A stretch of 64,000 nucleotides of DNA. Source: an uncultured Pseudobdellovibrionaceae bacterium (GTDB taxonomy: Bacteria > Bdellovibrionota > Bdellovibrionia > Bdellovibrionales > UBA1609). The notes below the pieces were generated by a model. That model searched no databases. It saw only the letters and a program-made list of their open reading frames with translations, and was not told the origin of the DNA. The position numbers and the translations under genes are program-made. Shown one piece after another: positions 30,134 through 40,394 of the stretch. How positions within the stretch are numbered: the stretch's first letter is position 1; each line of letters begins with the position of its first letter. The stretch is from the NCBI GenBank assembly GCA_963803705.1, contig CAWDNU010000001.1, forward strand, positions 576,001 to 640,000, in the 5' to 3' direction.

Positions 30134-30661
30134 TTACTTAAACCAGAGGTCGAACTGTGCTTTAGTAAATAAAGGTTTCATCTTAAGCTTGCTTTCAACT
30201 ATCTTAGTTTCGTTCTGTTGATTATCACCTCGATAAATAACGCATAAAACAGTGTCTACTATCGCGCCCTGGTCTCTTAAGGCCTTGGTGCTAAGTGCTA
30301 CCTGTCCACCAGTCGTAATCACATCCTCAATTATACAAACTTTTTTACCTTTGAAGTTTGGGCCTTCAGCAAGTTTAGCTGTGCCGTAAGCTTTAGGTTC
30401 TTTACGAACCAAAATGGTCGACAAGCCCGTTTCTAAAGACAAAGCAGTAGCTATAGGAATTCCACCTACTTCAAGGCCTGCTAGAAGTTCGGTATCAGCG
30501 GGAATAAGGGACTTTAATTCTAAAGCAATAGACTTCAGTAATTCTGGTTGGCATTCAAATTGATATTTATCGAAATACTCAGTGGACGTTTTTCCCGATC
30601 TTAACAAAAACTGACCAGCCAAATGAGAGACGTCATATATTTTTTTAGCTAAGACTTTCAC
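30134..30661 (-). CDS. pyrE: Orotate phosphoribosyltransferase
   Basis: F.LRSG..S.EYFDK, RKEPKAYGT, IIEDVITTGG. Confidence 0.92.
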   Translation of the reverse strand: MKVLAKKIYDVSHLAGQFLLRSGKTSTEYFDKYQFECQPELLKSIALELKSLIPADTELLAGLEVGGIPIATALSLETGLSTILVRKEPKAYGTAKLAEGPNFKGKKVCIIEDVITTGGQVALSTKALRDQGAIVDTVLCVIYRGDNQQNETKIVESKLKMKPLFTKAQFDLWFK

Positions 30662-30690
30662 TTTAAATTCCTTAAATTTTCCTAAGCAAT

Positions 30691-31752
30691 CTAGATAGAT
30701 TTTGCTTTAGGTGCATTAAAACTTATTCTATTTTTTTTTCGTTCTTCCCAAAGCTCTCTAGCATATTTTCTCATGTCTTCAACCGAGTCAAACTCGTCGA
30801 CAATTTCGACACCAAGCAGAGTCTCTACAACGTCTTCTAATGTCACGATGCCCGTGGTGACTCCGTAGTCATCGATAACAATAAATATGTGTTCTTTTCT
30901 TTTAATAAATTGGTCTAAACACGCGGCTACGGATGCTTCTTCTGGGACAGAGTGAATCGGTTTCATAAAGTTGTCGATTGTCATCTCATCAAGATCTTGG
31001 GCGTAAGCTTCCATAAGTTTATACCTTAAGATAGCACCTTCAATATTATCCATTGTCTCGTCAAAAACAGGAATTCTGGAAAATTGAATGGTCTTGTGAT
31101 CGTTGAAAATTTCACCAACAGTCAGTTTCTTTTCAAATCCAAAAACTACTGATCTTGGTGTCATAATATCGGTAACACTTATTTTATTAAGCATAAGCAG
31201 GTTTCTGATTACTAAGGATTCTTTTTTATTTATGGTGCCTTCATCTGCACTAAGTTCAGCGGTCATAATCATCTCTTCGCGAGTGACTTTCTGGGATTCC
31301 TCACCGCCTAAGACAGAACTTATTACTTCAGACATTATAACGAATGGATAAGTAATATATATAAGTAAAGAGATTGTAAAAGCCGCAAACGGAGCCACTT
31401 TTTTCCAATAGACGGTGCCTAGAGTTTTAGGAATAATTTCTGAAAATATTAGGATTACAATGGTAAGAAGTCCCGAAGCAATAGCAAGCTTTGTGTCGCC
31501 ATAAATTATCAAGACTTGGGCACCAACGCCTGCAGAACCTAAAGTGTTGGCAATAGTATTTAGTGTAAGTATAGCTGCCAAAGGTCTATCAATCTGCTGT
31601 TTAAGTTTTAATAACCTAGTTCCAACAATCGGAGATTCGGTGGTTTTTACGGCTATGTAGGCTGGTGTAACAGATAAAATAACAGATTCTAAAAGTGAAC
31701 AAAGAAAAGATACAACAACTGCAAGGCAGACATAAAAGATTAATAAGCCCAT
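30691..31752 (-). CDS. CNNM/DUF21-CBS domain protein (CorB/hemolysin-like Mg2+ transporter family)
   Basis: SFLCSLLES, ILTLNTIAN, FSEIIPK, DIMTPR, SRIPV, GIVTLEDVVE. Confidence 0.9.
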   Translation of the reverse strand: MGLLIFYVCLAVVVSFLCSLLESVILSVTPAYIAVKTTESPIVGTRLLKLKQQIDRPLAAILTLNTIANTLGSAGVGAQVLIIYGDTKLAIASGLLTIVILIFSEIIPKTLGTVYWKKVAPFAAFTISLLIYITYPFVIMSEVISSVLGGEESQKVTREEMIMTAELSADEGTINKKESLVIRNLLMLNKISVTDIMTPRSVVFGFEKKLTVGEIFNDHKTIQFSRIPVFDETMDNIEGAILRYKLMEAYAQDLDEMTIDNFMKPIHSVPEEASVAACLDQFIKRKEHIFIVIDDYGVTTGIVTLEDVVETLLGVEIVDEFDSVEDMRKYARELWEERKKNRISFNAPKAKSI

Positions 31753-31754
31753 TA

Positions 31755-31847
31755 CTAAAAGAGCCTAGCTGTATTTAAAAAATTGATTTTAACTTTTAAG
31801 TGAAGAGCTATAAAGCTCATAATCAGGGGAACCGGGTCGTCGTCCAT
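31755..31847 (-). CDS. Candidate leader peptide MDDDPVPL... (30 aa; 47 aa from the in-frame ATG at 31898)
   Basis: Translated by hand. Its stop lies 2 nt before the CNNM start, and the N-terminus resembles MgtL. Confidence 0.35.
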   Translation of the reverse strand: MDDDPVPLIMSFIALHLKVKINFLNTARLF

Positions 31848-32118
31848 AATATTAAATATCACTCCTATGTGATTAGTATTTAAGTCATTATTTACCATGA
31901 CTAATTAAATGAGTATACTGTTCTTATCGTCATAATGGCCAGATCTTTGAATAACTAACCAAGTTCCAAATGCCATTAAAAGTGTAACATAATAAATTCA
32001 ATTTGAGCTTGGCGAAGCTAACCTCGAAGACTGTAACACTCTAGTATTGGGCGTTAGATTGGCACGGCCTTGTGTGCGAAATTTCAACGTATGTCTTATG
32101 GCTTAATTTCGACATCAT

Positions 32119-32670
32119 TCAAAAGTCGTGTTTCTGTTTGTTCTCTGCATCTAAAAAAACACGGCTACCGGTGGACTTTCTTTGCCCTTGGTATTTGCCG
32201 TTATAAGGGTTTTTGGCACTTCGATCCATCTTGCAAAACACAAGCTGGCAGATTCTACGGCCAGCCTGTAATCGGATCGGTAAGGAGTTGGCATTGTAAA
32301 GTTCTAAAGTAATCTGACCTTTAAAGCCTGGGTCAACCCAACCAGCATTTTGTATAAATAGACCGATGCGACCAATTGAACTTCTACCCTCAACAAAAGC
32401 GGTTAAGTTGTCGGGCAGCTCGACGTATTCATTTGTTGTAGCTAGTAAAAAAGAGTGGGCAGGTATAGTGATTTCATCAGCTTCAATAGACCGATACTTT
32501 ATTTCTGAATCTAAGGAGATAATTTCCATGTCTCTGTCTTCAACAAGCAAGAAGTGGGTTCCTAGCGTGCAATCAATTGATGCTGGTTGCACTGACTCTT
32601 TTGTTAAAGGCGAAACATGAAGCTCTTTTTTTTCGATCATGCTAGTCAAAGTAATATCTGAAAGAATCAT
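32119..32670 (-). CDS. dcd: dCTP deaminase
   Basis: QPASID, EGRSSIGRIGL, AGWVDPGF.G.ITLEL, KYQGQ. Confidence 0.95.
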   Translation of the reverse strand: MILSDITLTSMIEKKELHVSPLTKESVQPASIDCTLGTHFLLVEDRDMEIISLDSEIKYRSIEADEITIPAHSFLLATTNEYVELPDNLTAFVEGRSSIGRIGLFIQNAGWVDPGFKGQITLELYNANSLPIRLQAGRRICQLVFCKMDRSAKNPYNGKYQGQRKSTGSRVFLDAENKQKHDF

Positions 32671-32678
32671 AAAACCCT

Positions 32679-34784
32679 TTAAGCGTTTTCTGCAGCTCGT
32701 TTATCTTCGTAAGCTTTAACTAAGCCATCTTGAACAGTTCTAGGTGCTGGTGCATATCTTGAAAATTCCATAGTGAATTCACCTTTACCTTGAGTTGCAG
32801 ATCGTAGTTCTGTAGAGTATCCAAACATTTCAGAAAGAGGAACGTCAGCGGTCACAGTTACAGAGGCTTCTTGAGTGTTTGTTCCTTGAATGATTCCTCG
32901 TCTTTGGTTGATTTGACCCATTACAGATCCTTGAAATTCTTCTGGAGCTGAAACTTCAACTTTCATCATAGGCTCTAGGGCCACAGGGTTTCCTTTCATA
33001 TAGGCCTGTCTGAAAGCTGCCATCGCACAAATTCTAAAAGCCATTTCACTTGAATCCACATCGTGGTAAGCGCCGTCGTCAAGATTAGCTTTTACACCTA
33101 CTACGGGGAATCCAATCAAGGCCCCTTTTGCCATTTGCTCTTGGAAGCCTTTATCGCAGGCAGGGATAAATTCCCTAGGAATACGACCCCCAGTTACATT
33201 GTTTTTGAATTCATAAAGATTTTCAGCATTTGGATCCATCGGCTCTAAGCTTCCAACAACTTTTGCGAACTGACCGGAACCACCGGTTTGTTTTTTGTGA
33301 GTGTAGTCAAAAGGAGAAGTGATAGACAAGGTTTCTCGGTAAGCTACTTGGGGCTGACCAGTTACAACTTCACAATTAAATTCTCTGGACATACGTTCTA
33401 CGTAAACCTCTAGGTGAAGTTCACCCATACCTGCAATGATGGTCTCATTAGACTCTTCGTCTCTAGAGACTCTAAATGTTGGATCTTCTTTTGTGAATTT
33501 ATTCAAACCTTTGGTGAAGTTTGAAGCAGTAGCTTTGTCCTTAGGTCGGATTGAAAGCGAAATAACCGCATTAGGAATGAACATTGAAGTCATAGTAATA
33601 TTCACATCACCATCTGTGAAGGTATCTCCTGAAGCACAATCCACACCGAACAAAGCGACAATATCCCCTGCATAAGCAATATCAATCTCTTCCATTTCAT
33701 CTGAATGCATACGGCCTAATCGAGGAACTTTCACTTTTTTGTTCCCAGTCATATTATAAATAAATTCGCCTTTTTTAAGCGTTCCTTGATAGATGCGCAT
33801 GTAAGTCAACTGACCATACCGGCCTTCTTCAAGTTTAAACGCTAGGGCCACTAAAGGTTTGTCAGAATCAGTTTCTAAAATAATTTCTGCCTCTTCTTTA
33901 TCTTGATCTAAACCTTTGTTAACAATATCAGTTGGAGCCGCTAAGTAATCTTCAACGGCATCAAGAAGTTTTTGAACTCCTACATTTTTAAACGCAGAAC
34001 CACAAAATACTGGCGTCAAATTTAAAGACAATACACCCTTTCTAATGGCAGCCTGTAGCTCTTCGACAGTAGGTTCTTCTTCAGTCAGATATTTTTCAGC
34101 TAGTACATCATCAAAGTCGGCGGCTTTACCGATTAATTCTTTACGATATTTAATGGCGTCGTCCATCATCTCTGGTGGAATATCTTTTTCCACTACTTTA
34201 ACGCCAGCCTCACCTTCGTTATAATAGGCTTTCATAGTTACTAAATCTACCGCACCAACGTGCTTTTCTTCCAAACCAATAGGAATCTGAGCCATAACTG
34301 AATTATGTTTTAGTTTTTCGGCCAAGGCTGCGCAAACTCTGAACGGATTTGCACCCTGGCGATCTAATTTGTTTACAAACGCTAATCTTGGAACGTTATA
34401 TCTGCGCATTTGACGATCGACTGTAAAGGACTGTGATTGAACACCCGCAACGCCACATAAAACAAGAATTGCGCCATCTAAAACACGAAGAGAACGCTCA
34501 ACTTCGACGGTGAAATCAACGTGTCCAGGGGTATCAATAATATTAATATCGGTATTTTTCCATTTAACGGCAGTTGCGGCTGACTGAATAGTAATTCCAC
34601 GCTCCCGTTCAAGTTCCATGGAATCCATTTTAGCACCTACACCATCTTTACCGCGCACATCATGAATGGCATGAATTTTACCAGTGTAAAATAAGATTCT
34701 TTCAGTCAAGGTCGTTTTTCCAGAGTCGATATGAGCCGATATACCAATATTTCTAACCTTTGTTACATCCCATTTGCTTGCCAT
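32679..34784 (-). CDS. fusA: Elongation factor G (stand-alone copy)
   Basis: [37 protein letters not shown]. Confidence 0.97.
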   Translation of the reverse strand: MASKWDVTKVRNIGISAHIDSGKTTLTERILFYTGKIHAIHDVRGKDGVGAKMDSMELERERGITIQSAATAVKWKNTDINIIDTPGHVDFTVEVERSLRVLDGAILVLCGVAGVQSQSFTVDRQMRRYNVPRLAFVNKLDRQGANPFRVCAALAEKLKHNSVMAQIPIGLEEKHVGAVDLVTMKAYYNEGEAGVKVVEKDIPPEMMDDAIKYRKELIGKAADFDDVLAEKYLTEEEPTVEELQAAIRKGVLSLNLTPVFCGSAFKNVGVQKLLDAVEDYLAAPTDIVNKGLDQDKEEAEIILETDSDKPLVALAFKLEEGRYGQLTYMRIYQGTLKKGEFIYNMTGNKKVKVPRLGRMHSDEMEEIDIAYAGDIVALFGVDCASGDTFTDGDVNITMTSMFIPNAVISLSIRPKDKATASNFTKGLNKFTKEDPTFRVSRDEESNETIIAGMGELHLEVYVERMSREFNCEVVTGQPQVAYRETLSITSPFDYTHKKQTGGSGQFAKVVGSLEPMDPNAENLYEFKNNVTGGRIPREFIPACDKGFQEQMAKGALIGFPVVGVKANLDDGAYHDVDSSEMAFRICAMAAFRQAYMKGNPVALEPMMKVEVSAPEEFQGSVMGQINQRRGIIQGTNTQEASVTVTADVPLSEMFGYSTELRSATQGKGEFTMEFSRYAPAPRTVQDGLVKAYEDKRAAENA

Positions 34785-35179
34785 ACGACCAATCTCCTTT
34801 TTTTGCTGTTAGCTTCACAGTTAGGCTTAGACAGCTGTTTGCGTCCCGGCTTCACAGATCCACCTACAGGACTATTTAGAACTAAAATTTCTATAATAAT
34901 TAATGCACAAAATAAATATACCGAAAAAACAAAAAAATATTCGGTGAAGCCTATTGAATTATCATCAAAAAATTGGGAGTGCAATCGATGGCAGCCATCA
35001 AAATAGGCGAATTTGTAAACATTCAAAACCCCTACACCCTGCCTAATCCATTGCACTGTTTATTTCGCATATCATGCAAGACTTAAAGAGGCAGAGAGTC
35101 CAATAGAGAATTGAAATTGGCCTAGTGGCTTTGATGGTTTATGTTAGAGCTCTAGTAATATAACCTTGCGTGGTGCCCT

Positions 35180-36592
35180 GTGAACTTGGATCAAATTCTT
35201 AAAGATAAGTTTAAAAAAGAAGCATTTCGCGAAGGTCAGAGACCTATAATTGAAAACGCCCTGGCAGAAACTAATGTCTTCGCTACAATACCTACAGGTG
35301 GAGGCAAAAGTCTATGTTACCAATTTTTAGCCGGGCTTCAAAGTGGTCAAGTTATGGTGATCTCGCCATTAGTGGCTCTTATTGATGATCAGCACAAAGA
35401 GGCTCAAAATCTAGGCTTAAATTCTTTAAAAATTCACTCTAATCTAAGCTCAAAAGACAAGAAAGAGTTTTACAATAACCTTGGTCAGGCAGATATTTTA
35501 TTTTTGACTCCAGAAAGATTGATTCAGCCAGAATTTTGGACTCGAACTTTAGAACATCTAAAAGTAAAATATCTGGTGATCGATGAGGCCCATTGTATGT
35601 CTCAGTGGGGCAGTGACTTTAGACCAGACTATACAAGAATTCCTGACTTTATCGATCAGTTAAAACAGCCCACAGTGTTAGCGATGACAGCAACTGCGAC
35701 TTCAAAGGTAAAGGAAGATGTTTTAAGTCGCTTGAAAGAAAAAAGCGAAAAACCATGGTTTTTTCATTCAGCCCCGCTTGAACGCCCCAATATTAAGCTT
35801 CAAATTTTTGAAAGCTTTGGCTTCGAAGAAAAATTACAACGAATTGCCTACCAACTAAAATCAATAGAGGGCTCTAAAATTGTTTATTTCGCGCTTATTC
35901 AGAATCTGGAAAAGGCTAGTGAAGAACTGGTAAGGCTGGGTTTTCAACATACAAAATATCATGGTCAACTTCCACCTTATGTTAAATTAAAAAACCAAAG
36001 GTCTTTTTTTACTGACGAGCGATCGTTAATTTTGGCAACTCCGGCTTTCGGATTAGGTGTTAACAAGCCAGATATTAGAATGGTTTTGCACTTTGAAATG
36101 CCACAATCTATCGAAGCCTATTACCAAGAAGTCGGTCGAGCTGGGCGAGATGGCTTAAAAGCTGTGGCCGAATTGATGTACGATAAAGATGACGCTGAAA
36201 TTCATCTAGATTTCTTGAAGTGGAATCATCCCGAACCGGGCTTCATCACGTCGATATATAATCTAATTTTAGACTATCCTCAGAGATACAAACAAGAGGG
36301 TGCAGATTTCCTAAGAGAGAAGTTAAATTTTTATAATAGAAGGGATTTTCGGGTTGAAACCGCATTGAACCTTCTAAAAAGGTGGGATGTTTTGTTGGAA
36401 AAAAAAGGCGCATCACCAACACTATCCGACAGAAGTCTACTTAACGATATTCCTGATATCGATGAAGAATTGTACGCGCAAAGGAAAAGGTCAGCTCAAA
36501 TACGGCTTTTAGATCTGATCCAACTTTTGGAAAAATTTAAAGCGAATTCTATGGGGTTACAAGAAGCCATCATTGAATACTTCAAGTCATGA
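35180..36592 (+). CDS. RecQ-family ATP-dependent DNA helicase (short)
   Basis: PTGGGKSLCYQ, DEAHC..QWG.DFRP, TATA, QEVGRAGRDG. Confidence 0.92.
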   Translation: MNLDQILKDKFKKEAFREGQRPIIENALAETNVFATIPTGGGKSLCYQFLAGLQSGQVMVISPLVALIDDQHKEAQNLGLNSLKIHSNLSSKDKKEFYNNLGQADILFLTPERLIQPEFWTRTLEHLKVKYLVIDEAHCMSQWGSDFRPDYTRIPDFIDQLKQPTVLAMTATATSKVKEDVLSRLKEKSEKPWFFHSAPLERPNIKLQIFESFGFEEKLQRIAYQLKSIEGSKIVYFALIQNLEKASEELVRLGFQHTKYHGQLPPYVKLKNQRSFFTDERSLILATPAFGLGVNKPDIRMVLHFEMPQSIEAYYQEVGRAGRDGLKAVAELMYDKDDAEIHLDFLKWNHPEPGFITSIYNLILDYPQRYKQEGADFLREKLNFYNRRDFRVETALNLLKRWDVLLEKKGASPTLSDRSLLNDIPDIDEELYAQRKRSAQIRLLDLIQLLEKFKANSMGLQEAIIEYFKS

Positions 36593-37212
36593 AAAAACTT
36601 AAGTATTTTAAGAATATTGATCCAGTTGATGATTCTGGAGTTGTTGCATGGAGTCCTTCTTTAGAATCAGACCAAATAATAGAGGCTTATCAAAATGGTA
36701 TCTTTCCTTGGCCAAATGCACAGGGATCAGTTTGTTGGTTCAGCCCACTAATGAGAGGAATCCTTAAGTTCAAAGATTTGAAGTGGTCAAAAAAAGATTT
36801 AAAATTTTTTAAAAAAACTTCATTTGTTTTTAAAATAAACGCTAATTTCAAACTTGCTATTGAAACTTGTGCCAAGGCAAAGATAAGTCAGAAAACTGAA
36901 ACCTGGATAACAAGTGATGTGATCGAAGCTTACACGGATTTGCACCAACAAGGTGCTGCTATTTCGTTTGAAACTTACGAAGGTGAAGACTTAGTCGGCG
37001 GTATTTATGGTGTTCTTTCAAAAAATTACTTTAGTGCAGAAAGTATGTTTTATCTAAAATCCAATGCTTCTAAATTTGCTCTTTTTAATGCTGTAGAATT
37101 TTTATCCGGAATAGGTATGGCATGGATCGATACGCAAGTGGTAACAGATTTTACGTCTCAATTAGGTGCAAAGGTGATCACCCGACAAGAGTTTTTAGAA
37201 CTGATAAAGTGA
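36589..37212 (+). CDS. aat: Leucyl/phenylalanyl-tRNA-protein transferase
   Basis: AYQNGIFPW, TWIT, LVGGIYG, ESMF, NASK. Confidence 0.92.
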   Translation: MKKLKYFKNIDPVDDSGVVAWSPSLESDQIIEAYQNGIFPWPNAQGSVCWFSPLMRGILKFKDLKWSKKDLKFFKKTSFVFKINANFKLAIETCAKAKISQKTETWITSDVIEAYTDLHQQGAAISFETYEGEDLVGGIYGVLSKNYFSAESMFYLKSNASKFALFNAVEFLSGIGMAWIDTQVVTDFTSQLGAKVITRQEFLELIK

Positions 37213-37288
37213 TAGGACATTTCTACCGAATTATATTATACTATAATGAGTGCTTTAAGTTTTAGGTTATTGATACCAGGAGCCTCTA

Positions 37289-37786
37289 ATGAAAATCGAA
37301 AAAAACAAAGTTGTTTCTATGTCTTATTCTTTATCCAACGGCACTGGTCAAATTTTGGAACTTAGGTCGATTGATAATCCTGTTCAATTTTTGGTTGGGT
37401 ATGGTCATATTTTACCAAGCTTGGAAAAAAAGATTATAGGAGAGTCCGAGGGCTTCACCGGGCAATTTTTTTTGGACGCGCATGACGCTCACGGGGTTTA
37501 TGACAAAGCACTTGTTAAAGAGATGAAACCTTCTCAATTTCCTGAAGGTGTAGAACTAAAAAAAGGGATGAAGTTCGAATCCACCGACGCGAAAGGCGAG
37601 CCCTTAGCCTTACACATAATTGACATCAAAGGTGAAGTCATTTTGGTTGATGGAAATCATCCGCTTGCAGGAATGCCTCTTAATTTCGATCTAAAAATTT
37701 TAGAAATAAGAGATGCGGCCGAAGAGGAAATTTTTCAGGGGAAAGTCCTTACAAGTCTACAGCCCGAATCAGACACAAAACATTAG
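37289..37786 (+). CDS. slyD: FKBP-type peptidyl-prolyl isomerase (SlyD-like, no His-rich tail)
   Basis: VVSMSY.L, GYG..LP.LEK, VDGNHPLAG..LNF. Confidence 0.85.
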   Translation: MKIEKNKVVSMSYSLSNGTGQILELRSIDNPVQFLVGYGHILPSLEKKIIGESEGFTGQFFLDAHDAHGVYDKALVKEMKPSQFPEGVELKKGMKFESTDAKGEPLALHIIDIKGEVILVDGNHPLAGMPLNFDLKILEIRDAAEEEIFQGKVLTSLQPESDTKH

Positions 37787-37910
37787 GGCCTGTTGAACAA
37801 GCATCATCTTCGTTGTTGCCTTCGCTTAAATCTCATTCGACGTAGATAAACTACGACTCATTCGATTTTAAGCTTGGACGCCTAGAATCTAATACTTGTT
37901 CAACAGGCCC
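37786..37910. repeat. 125-bp MITE-like repeat, copy 1
   Basis: Perfect 16-bp terminal IR GGGCCTGTTGAACAAG; 121/125 identical to copy 2. Confidence 0.92.
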
Positions 37911-37956
37911 CCTAGGATTAACCAAAATGATTTTCATTTATATAGAGTCCTTTCAA

Positions 37957-38115
37957 AGTTATACTAAATTTATAATAATGGTTAGGTACATATTATCAAA
38001 AAGCTCAAACAGACTCTGTCATTCGCTTTGCACGTGAACGCTTGCAAAGCTTCACGCCAAAGAACTCGCTTTTTGATAATATGTACCTAACCATTATTAT
38101 AAATTCAGTATAACT
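37957..38115. repeat. Long inverted-repeat element B: 48-bp arms around a structured core
   Basis: Arms 37957-38004 and 38068-38115 have 1 mismatch. The core is shared with element A. Confidence 0.9.
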
Positions 38116-38127
38116 GTATAAAGTCCA

Positions 38128-38715
38128 TCAAATTTTAAATTGTGGAGTTTCTTTTGCGGCTTCTTTCTTTAGATCTGAAATCATGTTTTTTAGACCCTCT
38201 AAATCGGATTTTATCCGTTCGTTTTCAGCTTTGAAAGATTCTAGTTCATCATAAGCTTTTACTGCCAAGGTGGGTTTTGTGTTTGACTCTAATTCAAATT
38301 CATTTTTTTTCCGCCAGAGTCTGGCTTCAGATTCTTCAAGCTTCTTAAGAGTCTTTTTGTACTTTTGATTTAAAAATTGAAGTCGGCCATATATATAGGT
38401 CCTGACGAATTCATTCTCATTGAAATTTTCACAGGTGCCTTTGTAAACGAAGCCACTTTTTCCAAATTCAAGCGCAGCATCTTTTTCGCAGAACTGGGAA
38501 GCGCCTTCATCAAATCCTTCGTTAAAAACCTGTCGGTCAATTTGAACTTTGAACCTTTGACAAATTTTAGCAAGTTTTGTGAATTCACTTCTGTTTTCGC
38601 CACTTAATGCTAATAGAAACGCTTCTTTTCGCCAATTTGTCTTTTCACAACTGCTTTTGGTAAATTGCTGGCAAGCAGACAGAAATATCAAAAATAAAGG
38701 AATCCAACGACACAT
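38128..38715 (-). CDS. Lipoprotein, DUF2799-like Cys-rich domain plus coiled coil
   Basis: Lipobox LSAC; C...W...G...C..., GF.EG...FC, G..YKGTC pattern. Confidence 0.7.
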   Translation of the reverse strand: MCRWIPLFLIFLSACQQFTKSSCEKTNWRKEAFLLALSGENRSEFTKLAKICQRFKVQIDRQVFNEGFDEGASQFCEKDAALEFGKSGFVYKGTCENFNENEFVRTYIYGRLQFLNQKYKKTLKKLEESEARLWRKKNEFELESNTKPTLAVKAYDELESFKAENERIKSDLEGLKNMISDLKKEAAKETPQFKI

Positions 38716-38879
38716 AAACTATTGATAACACAAGTCGGCTATTTTTATTAAAAGATTGTTTGCGTCTAAATTAAACCTATAATTTAAACTCTTTATTGAA
38801 AGAAAATAATTATCTACTAAATTTTTTTAATAAAGACAGAAAAAAGTTAAAAACTAAAAACTTAAAGCGAGGTCCTTCC

Positions 38880-39527
38880 ATGAAAATTTTCAATTTAATC
38901 ACTCTAGCTCTGACTTCCATACTACTTTGTTCTGGTTGCGCAACGTCTCCAGGCAAAAAGACCGCAACGGGGGCAGGTGTAGGGGCCGCTATAGGGGCAG
39001 GACTTGGTGCTGTCATCGGACACAGGACTGGAAAGGCTGGCGGTGGAGCTTTAATAGGAGCAGCTGTAGGTGGAGCTTTCGGAGGTGCAGTAGGAAACCG
39101 ATTGGACAAGCAAGCAAAAGAGCTTGAGGCCATCGCTGAAACTAGACGCACAGACAACGGAATCGTTACCAAGCTGAAGGGTGATATTCTATTTGCAACA
39201 GGTAAAGACAATTTAAAGTCTGAGGCTCAAACCAACATCAATCAAATTGCAGAGATTCTTATAAAGTACCCCGAAGATCGGTTAAAAGTATTTGGCCATA
39301 CGGATACCGACGGTTCAAAGTCACTTAACGCCGCCTTATCACAAAAGCGAGCTAACTCTGTTAAAGCTCAACTAGTTAAGGGTGGGGTTCCTGCGATGTA
39401 CATAGAAACGATAGGAATGGGAGAATCAATGCCTGTTGCTTCAAATGCAACTGCCAAAGGTAAACAGTTAAACAGACGGGTTGAAATTGAAATCACCGTT
39501 GATAAAGACGCCATTAATTCTAAGTGA
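38880..39527 (+). CDS. OmpA-family lipoprotein with glycine zipper
   Basis: Lipobox CSGC, GAxxGA repeats, GHTD, LSQKRA, NRRVEI. ATG at 38880 follows GAGG. Confidence 0.92.
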   Translation: MKIFNLITLALTSILLCSGCATSPGKKTATGAGVGAAIGAGLGAVIGHRTGKAGGGALIGAAVGGAFGGAVGNRLDKQAKELEAIAETRRTDNGIVTKLKGDILFATGKDNLKSEAQTNINQIAEILIKYPEDRLKVFGHTDTDGSKSLNAALSQKRANSVKAQLVKGGVPAMYIETIGMGESMPVASNATAKGKQLNRRVEIEITVDKDAINSK

Positions 39528-39639
39528 CCATAAGATATAGCCCTTTTGATTAAGAGACTAAATATAGGTGGTTTTCAGGCATTCTTTTAGAAAGTGAATA
39601 TTGCCTACTGTGCTTAAAATCCAATGTCAAATTTGTGTT

Positions 39640-39666
39640 AAAGCTTTCATTTTGAAAGCTTTTTTT
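39640..39666 (+). terminator. Candidate terminator
   Basis: AAAGCTTTC-ATTTT-GAAAGCTTT plus T-run. Confidence 0.45.
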
Positions 39667-39740
39667 GGTTTAACGCATGAAAAATGCTGCCTTTTTCTCT
39701 ATTTATTTGGATAGAATTTAGATGGGGAATGGGGGCACTA

Positions 39741-40394
39741 ATGGCGAACAAATTGGGGTTTATAGTTTTAGCTTTTTTTCAGATATTATTTTTATCTGCG
39801 CAGGCATTTTCTGGCACTGTTGATAGATCAGTAGGGACCGCATTCATACAAGGTTACGGGAAAAATCAAATCGAGATAAGCTCTATTTCAATATCATACA
39901 TGCAGGTGCTTTTCGAAGCTTTAACTCGCACATACAGTATACCTTTTAGGTACCCAGATGATGGTTGCTTTGCCAGAGCCCATAAAACTGCTTTGCTTCT
40001 TGAAGATTTGGGCATAGTAACCGCCAAAAGTTTTATCATCGGAGATTTGAAACTGTATACTAATGATAGTCCAAAAGGCTTCGTCAACTGGTGGTATCAT
40101 GTTGCCCCGATAGTGCACATTAAAGAGATTGATGATGTTATGATTTTTGATCCAACGTCATCTAAAGAACCTTTAACTAAGGCTGAATGGGTAGAAAAAT
40201 TGACCTCTCATAAATATGGAAGTGTTGATAAGACTTTTGAAACAGAAAGGTACACTTATAGACCAGAAGACGCAGATAAAAATCTTAAAGAGTATCAAAA
40301 AGCTGACATCCTTTACATGAAAGATTCATTAGATGTTTATTTAGATCATTTAATGCAAAGAAGAATATTTAATTTAAGGCTTAACGTTTCTTAG
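39741..40394 (+). CDS. Secreted protein-glutamine glutaminase-like enzyme
   Basis: YPDDGCFARAH, W.YHVAP and FDP give a Cys-His-Asp triad. Signal peptide starts at ATG 39741 (the ORF extends to 39684). Confidence 0.8.
   Translation: MANKLGFIVLAFFQILFLSAQAFSGTVDRSVGTAFIQGYGKNQIEISSISISYMQVLFEALTRTYSIPFRYPDDGCFARAHKTALLLEDLGIVTAKSFIIGDLKLYTNDSPKGFVNWWYHVAPIVHIKEIDDVMIFDPTSSKEPLTKAEWVEKLTSHKYGSVDKTFETERYTYRPEDADKNLKEYQKADILYMKDSLDVYLDHLMQRRIFNLRLNVS

Noticed and set aside
32060..32076. TGGCACG as a sigma54 site
   Set aside because: The -12 element and spacing are wrong, and there is no credible downstream gene on that strand.
34731..35056. Two overlapping ORFs upstream of fusA
   Set aside because: They overlap the fusA start and leader, and have no RBS or recognisable motif.
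37957..38115. Elements A and B as simple intrinsic terminators
   Set aside because: The stems are far too long, the enclosed core is conserved and covarying, and there is no consistent U-tract.
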